Source: Pirellulales bacterium
GTDB taxonomy: Bacteria; Planctomycetota; Planctomycetia; Pirellulales; UBA1268
NCBI GenBank assembly: GCA_044238145.1
Contig: JBIIDT010000005.1
Coordinates: 4,938 to 68,937, forward strand
Direction of reading: 5' to 3'
DNA length: 64,000 nt
In this document: in pieces, positions 18,639 to 30,977 of the stretch
Layout of the letters: the number at the start of each line of letters is the position of its first letter
Numbering within the stretch: the stretch's first letter is position 1
Position numbers and translations under genes: made by a program
Notes under the pieces: generated by a model
The model's database searches: none
Told to the model about the DNA's origin: nothing
What the model saw: only the letters and a program-made list of their open reading frames with translations

Positions 18639-19634
18639 GTGCGCGTCGCCGCCTTCTCCATCCAGCCCTACGACCGGCAGTCGCTCGCCGCGGCCTCGGC
18701 GGGCCTGCCGCTGGAGTGGACCTGGCTCGAGTCCCGGCTCGAGCCCGCCACCGCCGAGCTCGCCCGCGGCGCGACGGCCGTCAACTGCTTCGTCAACGAC
18801 GACCTCGGCGCCGCCACGCTCGACGCGCTCGCGGCGGCCGGCGTGCGGCTGATCACGCTCCGCTGCGCCGGCTTCAACCAGGTCGACCTCGCGGCGGCGG
18901 CGCGTCTCGGCCTGCCGGTGACCCGCGTGCCCGAGTACTCGCCGCACGCCGTCGCCGAGCACACCGTGGCCCTGATGCTGATGCTCGACCGCAGGCTGCA
19001 CAAGGCCTACAACCGGGTCCGCGAGGGCAACTTCTCGCTCGACGGCCTGCTCGGCTTCGACCTCCACGGCCGGACCGCGGGCGTGGTGGGCACCGGCCGG
19101 ATCGGCCGCCGCGTGGCGGAGATCCTCCTCGGCTTCGGCTGCCGCGTGCTGGCCCACGACCCGAACCCGCCCGCCGACCTCGTCGCCCGCGGCGTCGCCT
19201 TCGTGCCGCTCGACGAGCTCTTCGCCACGGCCGACGTCGTCACGCTGCACTGCCCGCTGACGCCGGCCAGCCACCACATGATCGACGCCCGGGCGATCGC
19301 GCTGATGAAGCCGGGGGTGATGATCGTCAACACCAGCCGCGGCGGGCTGGTCGACACCCGGGCGGTGATCCACGGACTGAAGAGCGGTCGCATCGGCCAC
19401 CTCGGCCTCGACGTCTACGAGGAGGAGGCCGACCTGTTCTTCACCGACCACAGCGACACCGTGATCCGCGACGACGTGTTCATGCGGCTCTTGACCTTCC
19501 CTAACGTCGTCGTCACCGGCCACCAGGCCTTCTTCACGAGCGACGCCCTGGAGGCGATCGCGGCCCAGACGGTCCGCAACCTCCTCCACTTCCACCGTGG
19601 CGAGCCGCTCGAGGCGATGGTGACTCAGGCCTGA
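18639..19634 (+). CDS. ldhA: D-lactate dehydrogenase / D-2-hydroxyacid dehydrogenase
   Basis: GTG 18639 is in frame within ORF 17544..19634. It reads VRVAAFSIQPYD..., with GVVGTGRIGRRVA (NAD site), NTSRGGLVD and VVVTGHQAFFT. 331 aa. Confidence 0.85.
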   Translation: MRVAAFSIQPYDRQSLAAASAGLPLEWTWLESRLEPATAELARGATAVNCFVNDDLGAATLDALAAAGVRLITLRCAGFNQVDLAAAARLGLPVTRVPEYSPHAVAEHTVALMLMLDRRLHKAYNRVREGNFSLDGLLGFDLHGRTAGVVGTGRIGRRVAEILLGFGCRVLAHDPNPPADLVARGVAFVPLDELFATADVVTLHCPLTPASHHMIDARAIALMKPGVMIVNTSRGGLVDTRAVIHGLKSGRIGHLGLDVYEEEADLFFTDHSDTVIRDDVFMRLLTFPNVVVTGHQAFFTSDALEAIAAQTVRNLLHFHRGEPLEAMVTQA

Positions 19635-21625
19635 GCCGCCGCGGCGCGGAGGGCGGCGAGTTCCCGGGCGTACCCACCGGAGAGGATCGGAAACCGGCAC
19701 CAGGTCTTGGGGTCGAGGCTCTCGTCGTCGAGGTGGAAGGAGGGCGCGTACCGCTCCCGCTTCCACTGGTTGCGGCTCCAGAGCGTGAAGAACTTCTCCG
19801 TCCAGCGGGCGAGCTGCCCGCGGTCGTGATCCGGGAAGTCGGCCTGCAGCCGCCGCCAGACCTCGATCGGCCCGAGCCGGTCGCGGATCGCAGATCGCTC
19901 GGCCCGGTCGAGCACGTCGTAGGGCATGAGGTCGGCCTCGTCGGTCTGGTGCGCGGCGGCGGGCCGCAGCTCCGCGGTCGGGGCCTGCACGTTCACGGCC
20001 GCGAGGGCCGGGATCGGCCCCAGCCCCTCGGGCCCGGCCTTCTCCAGCCACGCGAGCCAGCGCCGCAGGTAGGCCTTGTCGATGCCGGCGATGGGCGCGA
20101 TGCCGCCGGAGGTGTCGCCGTCCATCGTCGCGTAGCCCACCGCCGCCTCGGAACGGTTGCTCGTCGACACCAGCAGCTTGCCGGTGAGGTTGGCGAGCAT
20201 CCACACGCCCGGCGAGCGGGCCCGGGCCTGCACGTTCTGCCGGGCGACGTCGTCGCGGCCCCAGTCGAGCGGTCGGCCCAGCGCCGCCGCCACGACCGCC
20301 TCGTAGCCGCGGACGACGGGCTCGACGTCGAACTCGTGAAACTCGGCGCCCAGCGCCTCGGCCAGGCCGCGGGCGGCCGCGCGGGTCACGGGTCCCGAGT
20401 TGGCCGTCGACTGGTAGACGCAGGTCAGCGCCGCCCGCACCAGGCCCCGCACCGCCGCCTCGCCGGAGCCGGATGGCACCGGCAGCCCGAGGCGTGCCGC
20501 CGCCGCCGCCGGCGACAGCTCGCCCGCGGCCAGCCGCACGGCGATCGCCACCAGGCAGGCGACGGCCGACGAGTCGGCGCCGCCGCTCGCCGAGACGACG
20601 AAGCCGGGCGAGCGGCTCTTGCGGGCGTAGTCGAACAGGCCGAGGGCCACGGCCCGCGTGAACTCCTCCTCCTTCACATGGCCGCCGTGCTCCCAGGCGG
20701 CGCGGTCGTCGGCCGGCCCCGCGGCCGGCGGCCGGCGGCCGGCGGGCCAGGCGAACGGCACCGCCACCACGTCCCCCTCGGCCGGGTCGGGCACGGGGGC
20801 GAAGGCGAGCCGGGCCTGCGCGGCCCGGAGTTCACCCACGTCGATGTCGGCGACGGCCAGAGAAAGGTCGGCGAACGAGAACCGCCGGCCCGCGGCCAGC
20901 ATCCTGCCGGCGGCCGCGATCGTCACGCTGCCGTCGTAGATCGCACGGCCCGCCTCGTTGCCCACGAAGTTGGCGTAGACGTAGCCGGTCGCGAAGGCGC
21001 GTGATCCTTCCTGCACCAAGCGACGGCGGATCTCGTCCTTGCCGAAGGCGAAGTGGCTCGCCGAGGGATTGAGGATCAGGTCGACCCCGCGGGCGGCAAG
21101 CGCCGCGCCCGGGCGGTCGGCCACCCAGGCGTCCTCGCAGATCTCGAAGCCGATCCGCAGGCCGCCGCAGTCGAACCGCAGGTCGCCCACGGGCACGTCG
21201 CGGCCGGCCACCGTCACGGCCCCCCGCTGCCCGCGCCGCCAGGGCCGGAACCACCGCGGCTCGTAGTGGATCCCCTCGCCGGCCAGATGCTGCTTGCAGG
21301 CGAACCCGGCCAGCCGGCCGTCGACCGCGACCGCCGCCGCGTCGAACAGGCCGTGCTCGAACTTCAGCGGCAGGCCGAGCGCCACGACCATCCCGGCCGT
21401 GTGGGGCACGATCTCGCCGAGCACCTCGAGCGCCGTCCGCTGCGCCCCGGCCGCGAAGAAGGCGTCCTCGCAGCCGTAGCCGCTGATGCACAGCTCGGGC
21501 AGGCAGAGCACGCTCGCCCCCGCCGCCCGCGCGGCGTCGATGGCGGCCAGGATGCGGTCACGGTTGCCGTCCCAGTCGAGCGGCGTCTGGTTGACCGCCG
21601 CTCCGGCGACACGGATGACGTTCAT
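19625..21625 (-). CDS. nadE: glutamine-dependent NAD+ synthetase
   Basis: Internal ATG of fused ORF. N-terminal CN-hydrolase part (MNVIRVAGAAVNQTPLDWDGN, CLPELCISGYGCEDAFF, FEICEDAW) and C-terminal synthetase part (SASGGADSSAVA). 666 aa. Confidence 0.9.
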   Translation of the reverse strand: MNVIRVAGAAVNQTPLDWDGNRDRILAAIDAARAAGASVLCLPELCISGYGCEDAFFAAGAQRTALEVLGEIVPHTAGMVVALGLPLKFEHGLFDAAAVAVDGRLAGFACKQHLAGEGIHYEPRWFRPWRRGQRGAVTVAGRDVPVGDLRFDCGGLRIGFEICEDAWVADRPGAALAARGVDLILNPSASHFAFGKDEIRRRLVQEGSRAFATGYVYANFVGNEAGRAIYDGSVTIAAAGRMLAAGRRFSFADLSLAVADIDVGELRAAQARLAFAPVPDPAEGDVVAVPFAWPAGRRPPAAGPADDRAAWEHGGHVKEEEFTRAVALGLFDYARKSRSPGFVVSASGGADSSAVACLVAIAVRLAAGELSPAAAAARLGLPVPSGSGEAAVRGLVRAALTCVYQSTANSGPVTRAAARGLAEALGAEFHEFDVEPVVRGYEAVVAAALGRPLDWGRDDVARQNVQARARSPGVWMLANLTGKLLVSTSNRSEAAVGYATMDGDTSGGIAPIAGIDKAYLRRWLAWLEKAGPEGLGPIPALAAVNVQAPTAELRPAAAHQTDEADLMPYDVLDRAERSAIRDRLGPIEVWRRLQADFPDHDRGQLARWTEKFFTLWSRNQWKRERYAPSFHLDDESLDPKTWCRFPILSGGYARELAALRAAAAQA

Positions 21626-21651
21626 GGGTGATGCTCTCGTCGAGAACCGCC

Positions 21652-23577
<1,926 letters not shown>

Positions 23578-23684
23578 CCACGGCCCTCGCTGGCGGGCGT
23601 CCGGGTTCCGCCGGACTCGCGACGCCGTTTCAGAGTGTAGCGTGACGCGGCCGCGAGGCCATGCCAATCGGCGGGGACGGACCG

Positions 23685-25034
23685 TCAGACGGCGACGCGG
23701 GTCCAGCGGACGCGGGTGAAGATGACGAGCATCGCGAGCCCCCGGGCCGTGAGGTCGGCGGCCATCGCGCACCAGGCGCCGACGGCACCCCAGCCGGCGG
23801 CCCGGATCACGCCCGCGCCGCCCGGGAGCACGACTTCCGGCCAGGCGAGGAAGATCGCCAGCGGCAGCCGGATGGCGACGAGCCCCAGGAAGTTCACGAC
23901 CATCGGCGGCCGCGTGGCCCCGCCGCCGCGGAGCCCGCCGGAGAGCACCATCAGCAGGGCGAGCGACGGCTGGGCGAAGGCCACGATCCGCACCAGCCGG
24001 GCCGTCAGGCCGGCCACCTCCGGCTGCCGACCGGCCCCGCCCGTGAACCAGGCCGCCAGCGGCTCGGCCATCCACAGGAAGCCCGCCGCGGCGACCGACA
24101 TGAAGGTCAGGCAGGCGACGGCGGCGCACCAGACACTTCCGCGGGCCCGGCGCTCGTCACGAGCCCCGAGGAACTGCCCGGCGAGCGTCGCCGCGGCGAC
24201 CTGGAAGGCCGTGCCGGGGAGGAAGGCCAGCGACTCGATCGTGACGGCGACCGAGTGGGCGGCGGCGGCCACGTCGCCCAGCCGGTTGACGATCGAGAGG
24301 AAGGTCAGGTGGCAGGCGGCGTTGGCCAGGGCGTCGCCGCCGGCGGGCAGCCCCACGTGGACGATGCGCCGCAGCGTGTGTGGATCCGGCCGCCAGTCGG
24401 CGGCCCGGGGTCCGAGCCGGCGGGCGAGGAGGGCGACGACGCAGCACGCCCCGGCCAGGTACCCCGCCGCGGTGCCCCAGGCCAGGCCCTCCCAGCCGAG
24501 CCGCGGCAGCCCGGCGAGCCCGGTCGCCAGGGCGAAGCTGGCGCCGGCATTGACGAGGTTCACGACCGTCATACCGACGAGCCCCGCCACCATCGCACCC
24601 GAGCCGCGGAGCGCCGCCATGCCCACGTGGATGAGCATCATGGCCGGCAGCGCCGGCAGGACGATTGCGAGGTAGCGGCCGGCCAACGCCGTGCTCCCTG
24701 CGGGCAGCCCCAGCCAGCCGAGGAACGTGCCGCCCCCGAGGGCGAGCAGAACCGCCGCCGCGCACACGATCGCCCCCCCGACGAGCAGGGCCTGCGCCGT
24801 CGCCCGCCGCGCCGCCGGAGCGTCACCCGCCCCCACGGCCCGCGCCACGAGCGCCGTCGCCGCCACCGCCGGGAGGGCGAACGGCACCGGCAGGAAGGCG
24901 AGACAGTAGGCCACGAGCCCCACGGCCGCCAGCGGCTCCTCGCCGGCGAACAGGTTGCCAGCCAGCCACTTGTCGGTGAAGCCCACCGTCAGGCCGAGCA
25001 GCTGCTCGATCAGCACCGGCAGGACGAGACGCAC
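23685..25034 (-). CDS. MATE family efflux transporter
   Basis: 12-TM-type profile. The N-terminus LVLPVLIEQLLGLTVGFTDKWLAG is typical of MATE proteins. GTG start, with an in-frame stop 26 codons upstream. Confidence 0.8.
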   Translation of the reverse strand: MRLVLPVLIEQLLGLTVGFTDKWLAGNLFAGEEPLAAVGLVAYCLAFLPVPFALPAVAATALVARAVGAGDAPAARRATAQALLVGGAIVCAAAVLLALGGGTFLGWLGLPAGSTALAGRYLAIVLPALPAMMLIHVGMAALRGSGAMVAGLVGMTVVNLVNAGASFALATGLAGLPRLGWEGLAWGTAAGYLAGACCVVALLARRLGPRAADWRPDPHTLRRIVHVGLPAGGDALANAACHLTFLSIVNRLGDVAAAAHSVAVTIESLAFLPGTAFQVAAATLAGQFLGARDERRARGSVWCAAVACLTFMSVAAAGFLWMAEPLAAWFTGGAGRQPEVAGLTARLVRIVAFAQPSLALLMVLSGGLRGGGATRPPMVVNFLGLVAIRLPLAIFLAWPEVVLPGGAGVIRAAGWGAVGAWCAMAADLTARGLAMLVIFTRVRWTRVAV

Positions 25035-25353
25035 GACCGGGCGGACGGTGCCCGCCAGGCCGGTGATCCCCCGCGTCGCGGCCGGATGGTCCCGTGTCAG
25101 TGTCCGCCTCCGTCACGCGTCCTGGTTTCAACGGCTCATCGTAGCGGGCGGCGATCGATCCGGTGCGAGAAGCCGCATGCGGCGCCATGCGGGGAGGCGA
25201 GGGGCTGCCCGTGACGTCGAGCCGGCGTAGGTGGCCAGCGCAGCCCGGAGGGCGGAGCGCCGACACCTCCGAGAGAGCGGAGGGCATGGATGCCCGGAGC
25301 GAACGTCCGGGCGAGACGGCACGGGCGGCCCCGAGCCGTTTCGTTCGATCGGA

Positions 25354-25372
25354 CGGCGGTCAGAGACCGCCG
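25354..25372 (-). terminator. hairpin downstream of the DUF1501 gene
   Basis: Minus strand reads CGGCGGUC-UCU-GACCGCCG (8-bp stem), 17 nt after the stop. No U-tract. Confidence 0.3.
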
Positions 25373-25388
25373 CACCCGGGCGGCCGCG

Positions 25389-26666
25389 TCAGGCGAACAG
25401 TTCCTTGATCACCTTGCCGGAGTTGGCGATTTTCATCGGCCGGCCGTTCTTGGCCGTGAAGGTCGTCTCCAGCGAGATGCCGAGCGCCTTGAGCACGCTG
25501 GCCATCAGATCCTGCGACGAGTAGGGCTCGGTGACGACCTCCTTGCCGTCGGAGCTCGTCTCGCCCACGGCGATGCCCCGCTTGAAGCCGCCGCCGCCGA
25601 CCACCGTGCTCCAGCTGCGGGCCCAGTGATCGCGACCGCCGCCGCCGTTGATGTTCGGCGTCCGGGAGAACTCGCCCATCCACACGATCACGGTGTCGTC
25701 GAGCATGCCGCGGTCCGCGAGGTCGGTGACGAGGGCCGACATCGCCTTGTCGAGCTCGGGCAGCTTCTGCTCGGAGAGCGTGGTGAAGATGTTGGCGTGG
25801 TTGTCCCAGCCGCCGAGATCGACCTCGACGAAGGGCACGCCCATCTCGACCAGTCGCCGGGCCATGAGGCAGCCGCGGCCGAAGCCGGTGGTGCCGTAGC
25901 GATCCTGCACCTCCTTGGGCTCCTTCATGACCTTGAAGGCCTCCATCTGGCTGCTGGTCATCAGCTTGACCGTCTTCTGGATGACCTTCGCATGGTCGTC
26001 GGCCGAGCCGCCACGCTTCTCGCCGATGAAGCCCTTCTCGATCGTGGCCAGCATCTCCAGCCGCTGGGCGAGGCGGGCCGGGTCGATGCCCATGTCGAGG
26101 TTGCGGACGTTGCCGTTGGAGTCGACCACGAACGGGGCCCACGTCATGCCGAGGAAGCCGGGGCCGACGCTGCCGCCGCCGACCGAAACGAACGGCGGGA
26201 TCTCCAGGTCGGGCACCTGGTCGGCCAACTCGTGGGCGATCACCGAGCCGTAGCTCGGGTGCTCGACGTTCGGGTTCGGGACGTAGCCCGTATGCATGTA
26301 GTAGCGGCCGCGGTTGTGGTCGGCCTCGCGGGTGCTCATCGACCGCACGATCGCCATGTGGTGCATCTGCTGGGCCATGAGCGGCATGTGCTCGCAGATC
26401 TGCACGCCGTCGGCCGACGTGGCCACCGGCTTGAAGGGGCCGCCCGTGGCCGCGCCCGGCTTGAGGTCCCAGATGTCCATCGTGCTGGGGCCGCCGCCCA
26501 TCCAGAGCATGATGCAGGCCTTGTGCCGCTTCCGCAGGTCGGAGGCGTTGGCGAGGATCGAGTTGGTGAACGCGGTCGCCGGGGAGGCGAGGGCCGCGGC
26601 CCCGGCCAGGTGGCTGATGAAGTGCCGGCGGTTCATGCCGGACGGCAGGAAGTCGAAACTGGCCAT
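25389..26666 (-). CDS. DUF1501 family protein (sulfatase/alkaline-phosphatase-like fold) with Tat signal
   Basis: Internal ATG 26666 gives MASFDFLPSGMNRRHFISHLAGAAALASPA (twin-Arg). GGGPSTMDIWDLKP, DHN.., WDNHANIF and GEFSRTP blocks are typical of DUF1501. Confidence 0.85.
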   Translation of the reverse strand: MASFDFLPSGMNRRHFISHLAGAAALASPATAFTNSILANASDLRKRHKACIMLWMGGGPSTMDIWDLKPGAATGGPFKPVATSADGVQICEHMPLMAQQMHHMAIVRSMSTREADHNRGRYYMHTGYVPNPNVEHPSYGSVIAHELADQVPDLEIPPFVSVGGGSVGPGFLGMTWAPFVVDSNGNVRNLDMGIDPARLAQRLEMLATIEKGFIGEKRGGSADDHAKVIQKTVKLMTSSQMEAFKVMKEPKEVQDRYGTTGFGRGCLMARRLVEMGVPFVEVDLGGWDNHANIFTTLSEQKLPELDKAMSALVTDLADRGMLDDTVIVWMGEFSRTPNINGGGGRDHWARSWSTVVGGGGFKRGIAVGETSSDGKEVVTEPYSSQDLMASVLKALGISLETTFTAKNGRPMKIANSGKVIKELFA

Positions 26667-26776
26667 GTCAGGGCTCCTGGGAGATGGAAAGGCGGCCGGG
26701 GCGGCGATCCACAGTGTATTTCGGCAACGGGCGGGCGGTTTATTTCCGGTGCAGGGATGGCCCCGCAGGCGTGGAA

Positions 26777-28477
26777 TCAATGGTTGATGATGAACTCGTT
26801 CGAATTGAGGACGGCCCACCAGATGTCCTGGAGGGAGCCGATGACGTCGCCCTTGCGGGCACCGAGCATCGCATTGGCGGCCGACAGCTCCTTCGAGGAC
26901 GGCTTCCGCGCCAGGGCTGCCAGGTACAGGGTGTCGATTTTGGCCTTGGGGGAGGCCCCACTCGAGGCCACGGCGTCGAGGAAGCCCCCCTTGCCCGTGC
27001 CGGTGGCCTGCTTGATCAGGTCCCCGTTGAACATCATCAGCACCTGGGGAATCGACCCGTTGAATGTCGTCGCGTCGTCCCCCTCGTCGGTGCCGAAGGC
27101 GATCACGAACTGTGACATCCACTGGTCCTTCTTCTTGGCCGCCTCCTCGCCGGACTGGGTCTTGTCGGCCTGGGTGGCGGTGAGCAGCGATTCGTAGAGC
27201 TGCTCGGCCTGCATCTGCCGCAGGTAGAAGTGCGAGAACTTCGGCTTCTCGCCGAGCGCAGGATCGTCCTTGACGTTGCCGGCCGTCGTGCGACTGGAGA
27301 GGGCGTAGGGGCGCGAGAGCACGATCCAGCGCACCAAGCCCTTGAGGTCGAAGCTCTGCTCGCGGAACCGCTCGGCCAGGCCGTCGAGGAGCTCGGGGTG
27401 CGACGGGGGGTTGTGCTCACCCAGATCGTCGACGGGCTTGGTGAAGCCGTAGCCGAGAAAATGACCCCACATTCGGTTGGCGATCGCCTTGGCGAAGTAT
27501 GGGCTGCCCTTGATGAGCTTCGCCAGCTCCCGCCGCCGGTGCACACCGTAGGGAGAGCCATCCTCCAGCTTGCCCGGCAGGTAGCCGCTCTTGGAGATCT
27601 CCGTGCCGTCGACGAACACCGGATAGGCCACCTTCATCAGCCCGTTCCGCAGCTCGTAGTACAGCTCGGCCTCCTCGGCGTTGCCCCCTTCGCCGGCCCA
27701 GTCCTCGTCGACGAGCTCCACCCACTGCACGTCTCGCGAACCGTCGAAGCGGCGCAGGGCCCGGGTCTGGCGAAAGAAGGCGTTCATCTCCCAGAACTGG
27801 TTCTGCTTGCCCTTATTGAACGGATGGTTGTGGCACTGGGTGCACTGCACTTGCAGCCCGAGGAAGATCTGGGCGGTCTTGGCCGTCGCCTGGACGGCGT
27901 TCTCCACGCCCATCTCCTCCATCTTTCCGGCGAGAAAGTTCGTGGCGCCGTTGAAGCCGTCCACGTCCTTGCGATTGGCGTTGGCGCCGGTCGCCGTGAC
28001 GAGTTCCTCCATGAACTGATCGTAGGGAACGTTCTTGGAGAAGGCCCGACGCAGGTACTGCCGCATGCCGGACCGGTTGACCCGCTCGTTGGCGACGTCG
28101 CGGCCGATGAGGACCGTGGTCCAGACGTCGGTCCAGTTGCGGGCATATTCGTCGATGTAGTCGTCGCCCAGCAGCCGGTCGACGAGCGCCTTTCGCTTGC
28201 TGGGCGTGCTGTCGGAGAGGAAGCGCTGCAGCTCGTCCGTCGACGGGATGCGGCCGATGACGTCGAGATGCAGCCGCCGGCACCACTCTCCGTCCGTCGC
28301 GGCCGCGGAGGGCTGGATCTCCGCGTCGGCCCAGCCCGCGGCGACCTGCTCGTTGATGTACTTGACCTGCGGGATCCCGTAATGCTCGTCGGCCGGCGGG
28401 GCGGCGGCCGTCACGGAGAGCAGGGCCAGCCCGAGGCAGCCGCCGGCGAGGAGCCTGGCCAATCCGATCCGACTCAT
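26777..28477 (-). CDS. DUF1549/DUF1553 family protein
   Basis: Internal ATG 28477 gives a signal peptide, then WCRRLHLDVIGRIPSTDELQRFL (DUF1549 block), QCTQCHNHPF (CxxCH-containing block, 27830-27847) and a C-terminal DUF1553-like part. Confidence 0.8.
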   Translation of the reverse strand: MSRIGLARLLAGGCLGLALLSVTAAAPPADEHYGIPQVKYINEQVAAGWADAEIQPSAAATDGEWCRRLHLDVIGRIPSTDELQRFLSDSTPSKRKALVDRLLGDDYIDEYARNWTDVWTTVLIGRDVANERVNRSGMRQYLRRAFSKNVPYDQFMEELVTATGANANRKDVDGFNGATNFLAGKMEEMGVENAVQATAKTAQIFLGLQVQCTQCHNHPFNKGKQNQFWEMNAFFRQTRALRRFDGSRDVQWVELVDEDWAGEGGNAEEAELYYELRNGLMKVAYPVFVDGTEISKSGYLPGKLEDGSPYGVHRRRELAKLIKGSPYFAKAIANRMWGHFLGYGFTKPVDDLGEHNPPSHPELLDGLAERFREQSFDLKGLVRWIVLSRPYALSSRTTAGNVKDDPALGEKPKFSHFYLRQMQAEQLYESLLTATQADKTQSGEEAAKKKDQWMSQFVIAFGTDEGDDATTFNGSIPQVLMMFNGDLIKQATGTGKGGFLDAVASSGASPKAKIDTLYLAALARKPSSKELSAANAMLGARKGDVIGSLQDIWWAVLNSNEFIINH

Positions 28478-28572
28478 GGAAACCTCGGTGGGTGCGGGTG
28501 CCCTGTCCCTACGCACGAAGTCTATTCGTGGAGCGCGGCCCGGCCTATTCCCCGTCGCTCGGCGCACGGCTG

Positions 28573-28592
28573 GGACGGCCGAAAAACCGTCC
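28573..28592 (-). terminator. weak hairpin after rplQ
   Basis: GGACGG-N8-CCGTCC, 11 nt after the L17 stop. No U-tract. Confidence 0.2.
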
Positions 28593-28602
28593 GCGAGCCA
28601 CT

Positions 28603-29181
28603 TCAGGTGCGGGCCGGACGGCCCTCGACCCGAGGGGCAGCGGCCGCGGCCGTCCCCGAACCGACGTCCACGAACTCGAGCATGGCCCGCGGGCCGGCGT
28701 CGCCCAGCCGCGGGGTCGCGAGCTTGAGGATCCGGGTGTAGCCGCCGGGCCGATCGGTGAACCGGGGGGCGATCCGCTCGAAGAGAATCCGCGCGGCCTG
28801 CTTGTCGCCGAGCAACTGCACGACCCGGCGGCGGGCCTTGACGGCGGGGGCCATGGCCCGGGCCCACTTGCCCCAGGCGTCGCTCTGCCGCCACTTCTTC
28901 CACTCGGCGGAGTCGCGGTCGGCCGTGGAACCAAACTCGCGAGCCTGACCGGCGGCCTCGAGGCCCCGCTTGGCGATGGTCACGCACCGCTCCACGAGCG
29001 GACGGACCTCCTTCGCCTTGGCGAGCGTGGTGACGATCCGGCCGGCGACCTTGGGATTGCCGGGCTCGCCCGCCTCCGTCTCCCGCTCGGTGAGCATGAG
29101 GGCCGAGGCGAGATTCCGGAGCAGGGCCCGCTGGTGCGACGGACTGCGGCCGAGCACCCGGCCCTTGCGACGATGACGCAT
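28603..29181 (-). CDS. rplQ: 50S ribosomal protein L17 (with ~65-aa C-terminal extension)
   Basis: MRHRRKGRVLGRSPSHQRALLRNLASAL is the L17 signature. 192 aa versus about 120-130 usual. Confidence 0.93.
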   Translation of the reverse strand: MRHRRKGRVLGRSPSHQRALLRNLASALMLTERETEAGEPGNPKVAGRIVTTLAKAKEVRPLVERCVTIAKRGLEAAGQAREFGSTADRDSAEWKKWRQSDAWGKWARAMAPAVKARRRVVQLLGDKQAARILFERIAPRFTDRPGGYTRILKLATPRLGDAGPRAMLEFVDVGSGTAAAAAPRVEGRPART

Positions 29182-29228
29182 GACTCGTGTCTCCTAAGCG
29201 TGGTAACCGGCGGGGCGTCGCCCCGCGA

Positions 29229-30218
29229 TCAGGCGCCCGCCTCCGCGGGCAGCTGCATGCCGAACTCGAGCCCCACGTCGCGGAGCTTCGCCTCGATCTC
29301 CTGCAGCGTCGTGTCGCCGAGGTTCCGCATCTCGAGCATCTCCTCGCGGCTGCGCGAGACGAGTTCACGGAGCGTGCCGATCCCCGCCTCCTCGAGGCAG
29401 TTGCTGGCCCGCAGCGACAGCCGCAGGTCGGAGACCAGCATGCCGAGCCGGCTCTCCAGCGGCGCCTCGACCGCGAACAGGGTCGCGGCGGCCGGCAGGT
29501 TCACGGCCGGGCCGGGGCGGGTGTAACCCACGAACGGATTGAGGTGCTTGCGGAGGATCTTGGCCGCCTCGACCAGCGCCATCTCCGGCGTCACGGTCCC
29601 GTTGGTCCAGATCTCGAGCGTCAGCTTGTCGTAGTTGGTCTTCTGGCCGACGCGGGTCTCCTCGACCTCGTACTTCACGCGGGTCACGGGACTGAAGACG
29701 GCGTCCACCGGGATGATGCCGATCTCCTGCGACTCCTGGCTGTGCTCACTGGACGGCACGTAGCCACGGCCGTTCTCCACGACCATCTCCAGCTCGAACG
29801 GCACGTCGTCGGTGAGGGTGGCGAGGACGAGGTCCTTGTTGACCACCTCCACCGCCTCGTCCGTCTGAATGTCGGCGCCGGTCACGGGCCCCTTGGTGCT
29901 CTTCTCCACGCGGATCACGCGGGTCGAGTCGCTGTGGTTCTTGACGATCAGGCTCTTCACGGCCAGCACGACCTCGGTGACGTCCTCGAGCACGCCCTTG
30001 ATCGTGGTGAACTCGTGCAGCGCCCCGGCCAGCTTGATCTGGGTGACGGCGCTGCCCTCCAGGCTCGACAGCAGCACGCGGCGCAGGCTGTTGCCGACGG
30101 TCGTGCCGAAGCCGCGCTCGAATGGCTCCGCCACGAACTTCCCGTAGGTGGGCGTCAGGGTCTTTTGATCGACGGTGACCGAGCCCGGCAACTCGAGGCC
30201 ACGCCAGCGGATATGCAT
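29229..30218 (-). CDS. rpoA: DNA-directed RNA polymerase subunit alpha
   Basis: [30 protein letters not shown] and C-terminal [17 protein letters not shown] 30218 is preceded by GGAGGAATCC. Confidence 0.93.
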   Translation of the reverse strand: MHIRWRGLELPGSVTVDQKTLTPTYGKFVAEPFERGFGTTVGNSLRRVLLSSLEGSAVTQIKLAGALHEFTTIKGVLEDVTEVVLAVKSLIVKNHSDSTRVIRVEKSTKGPVTGADIQTDEAVEVVNKDLVLATLTDDVPFELEMVVENGRGYVPSSEHSQESQEIGIIPVDAVFSPVTRVKYEVEETRVGQKTNYDKLTLEIWTNGTVTPEMALVEAAKILRKHLNPFVGYTRPGPAVNLPAAATLFAVEAPLESRLGMLVSDLRLSLRASNCLEEAGIGTLRELVSRSREEMLEMRNLGDTTLQEIEAKLRDVGLEFGMQLPAEAGA

Positions 30219-30302
30219 CAGGATTCCTCCGTACAGGGCCGGGGCGGACACGCCACACGGCCGACTCTTTGGATCGAAACTCTAAAAGCCGTCACCCAGA
30301 CT

Positions 30303-30929
30303 TTACTTGGAGCACAATTCGATGATCAGGTTGGCCTGCACCGGGATCGACACGTCGTCCGTTCCGGGCAGCCGGTCCACCCGCCCCTCGGGAATCGGGC
30401 TCTCGGACCGGGACAGGAAGTCGGGCACGTCGCGCCGGCTGTCGGCCAGGGCCGCATGCACCAACTGCAGGCTCTTCGCCCGGTTCTTGATGCGGACCAG
30501 GTCGCCCGCCTTCACGAGGTAGCTGGGCACGTCGAGACGCCGGCCGTTCACCGTGACGTGGCCGTGCATCACCATCTGCCGGGCCGCGGACCGCGAGGCG
30601 GCGAAGCCGAGCCGGTGCACGACGTTGTCCAGCCGCCGCTCGAGCAGCGACATCAGCGTCTCGCCGGTGTTGCCCTTGCCGCGCTCGGCGCGGGCGAAGT
30701 AGGTGCGGAACTGCCGCTCCAGCACGCCGTAGTAGTGCTTGACCTTCTGCTTCTCGCGGAGGTGCAGCCCGTAGTCGGTCGGCTTGCCGCGCCGCTTCTG
30801 GACCATGCCCGGCGGCGTGGCCCGGCGCTCGAAGGCACACTTCGGCGTGTCGCAGCGGCTCCCCTTGAGGAACAGCTTCAGTCCATCGCGGCGGCAGAGC
30901 CGGCAGACCGGCCCGGTGATGCGTCCCAT
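30303..30929 (-). CDS. rpsD: 30S ribosomal protein S4
   Basis: MGRITGPVCRLCRRDGLKLFLKGSRCDTPKC, LREKQKVKHYYG and an S4 RNA-binding domain. Confidence 0.95.
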   Translation of the reverse strand: MGRITGPVCRLCRRDGLKLFLKGSRCDTPKCAFERRATPPGMVQKRRGKPTDYGLHLREKQKVKHYYGVLERQFRTYFARAERGKGNTGETLMSLLERRLDNVVHRLGFAASRSAARQMVMHGHVTVNGRRLDVPSYLVKAGDLVRIKNRAKSLQLVHAALADSRRDVPDFLSRSESPIPEGRVDRLPGTDDVSIPVQANLIIELCSK

Positions 30930-30977
30930 GATTCGTTCTCTCGCGTGTCTCGGTGGTGGTTCTCGGTGGCGGCCCGA

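Noticed and set aside
19625-19634. 10-nt convergent overlap of the ldhA and nadE 3' ends
   Set aside because: Real in the sequence but trivial. Short convergent overlaps of this kind are unremarkable in compact genomes.
17521-20204. Upstream parts of fused minus-strand ORFs 17032..18459 and 17595..20204
   Set aside because: Arg/Pro/Gly-rich read-through. They are antisense to ldhA or overlap neighbouring genes. The real genes start at internal ATGs with proper N-termini.
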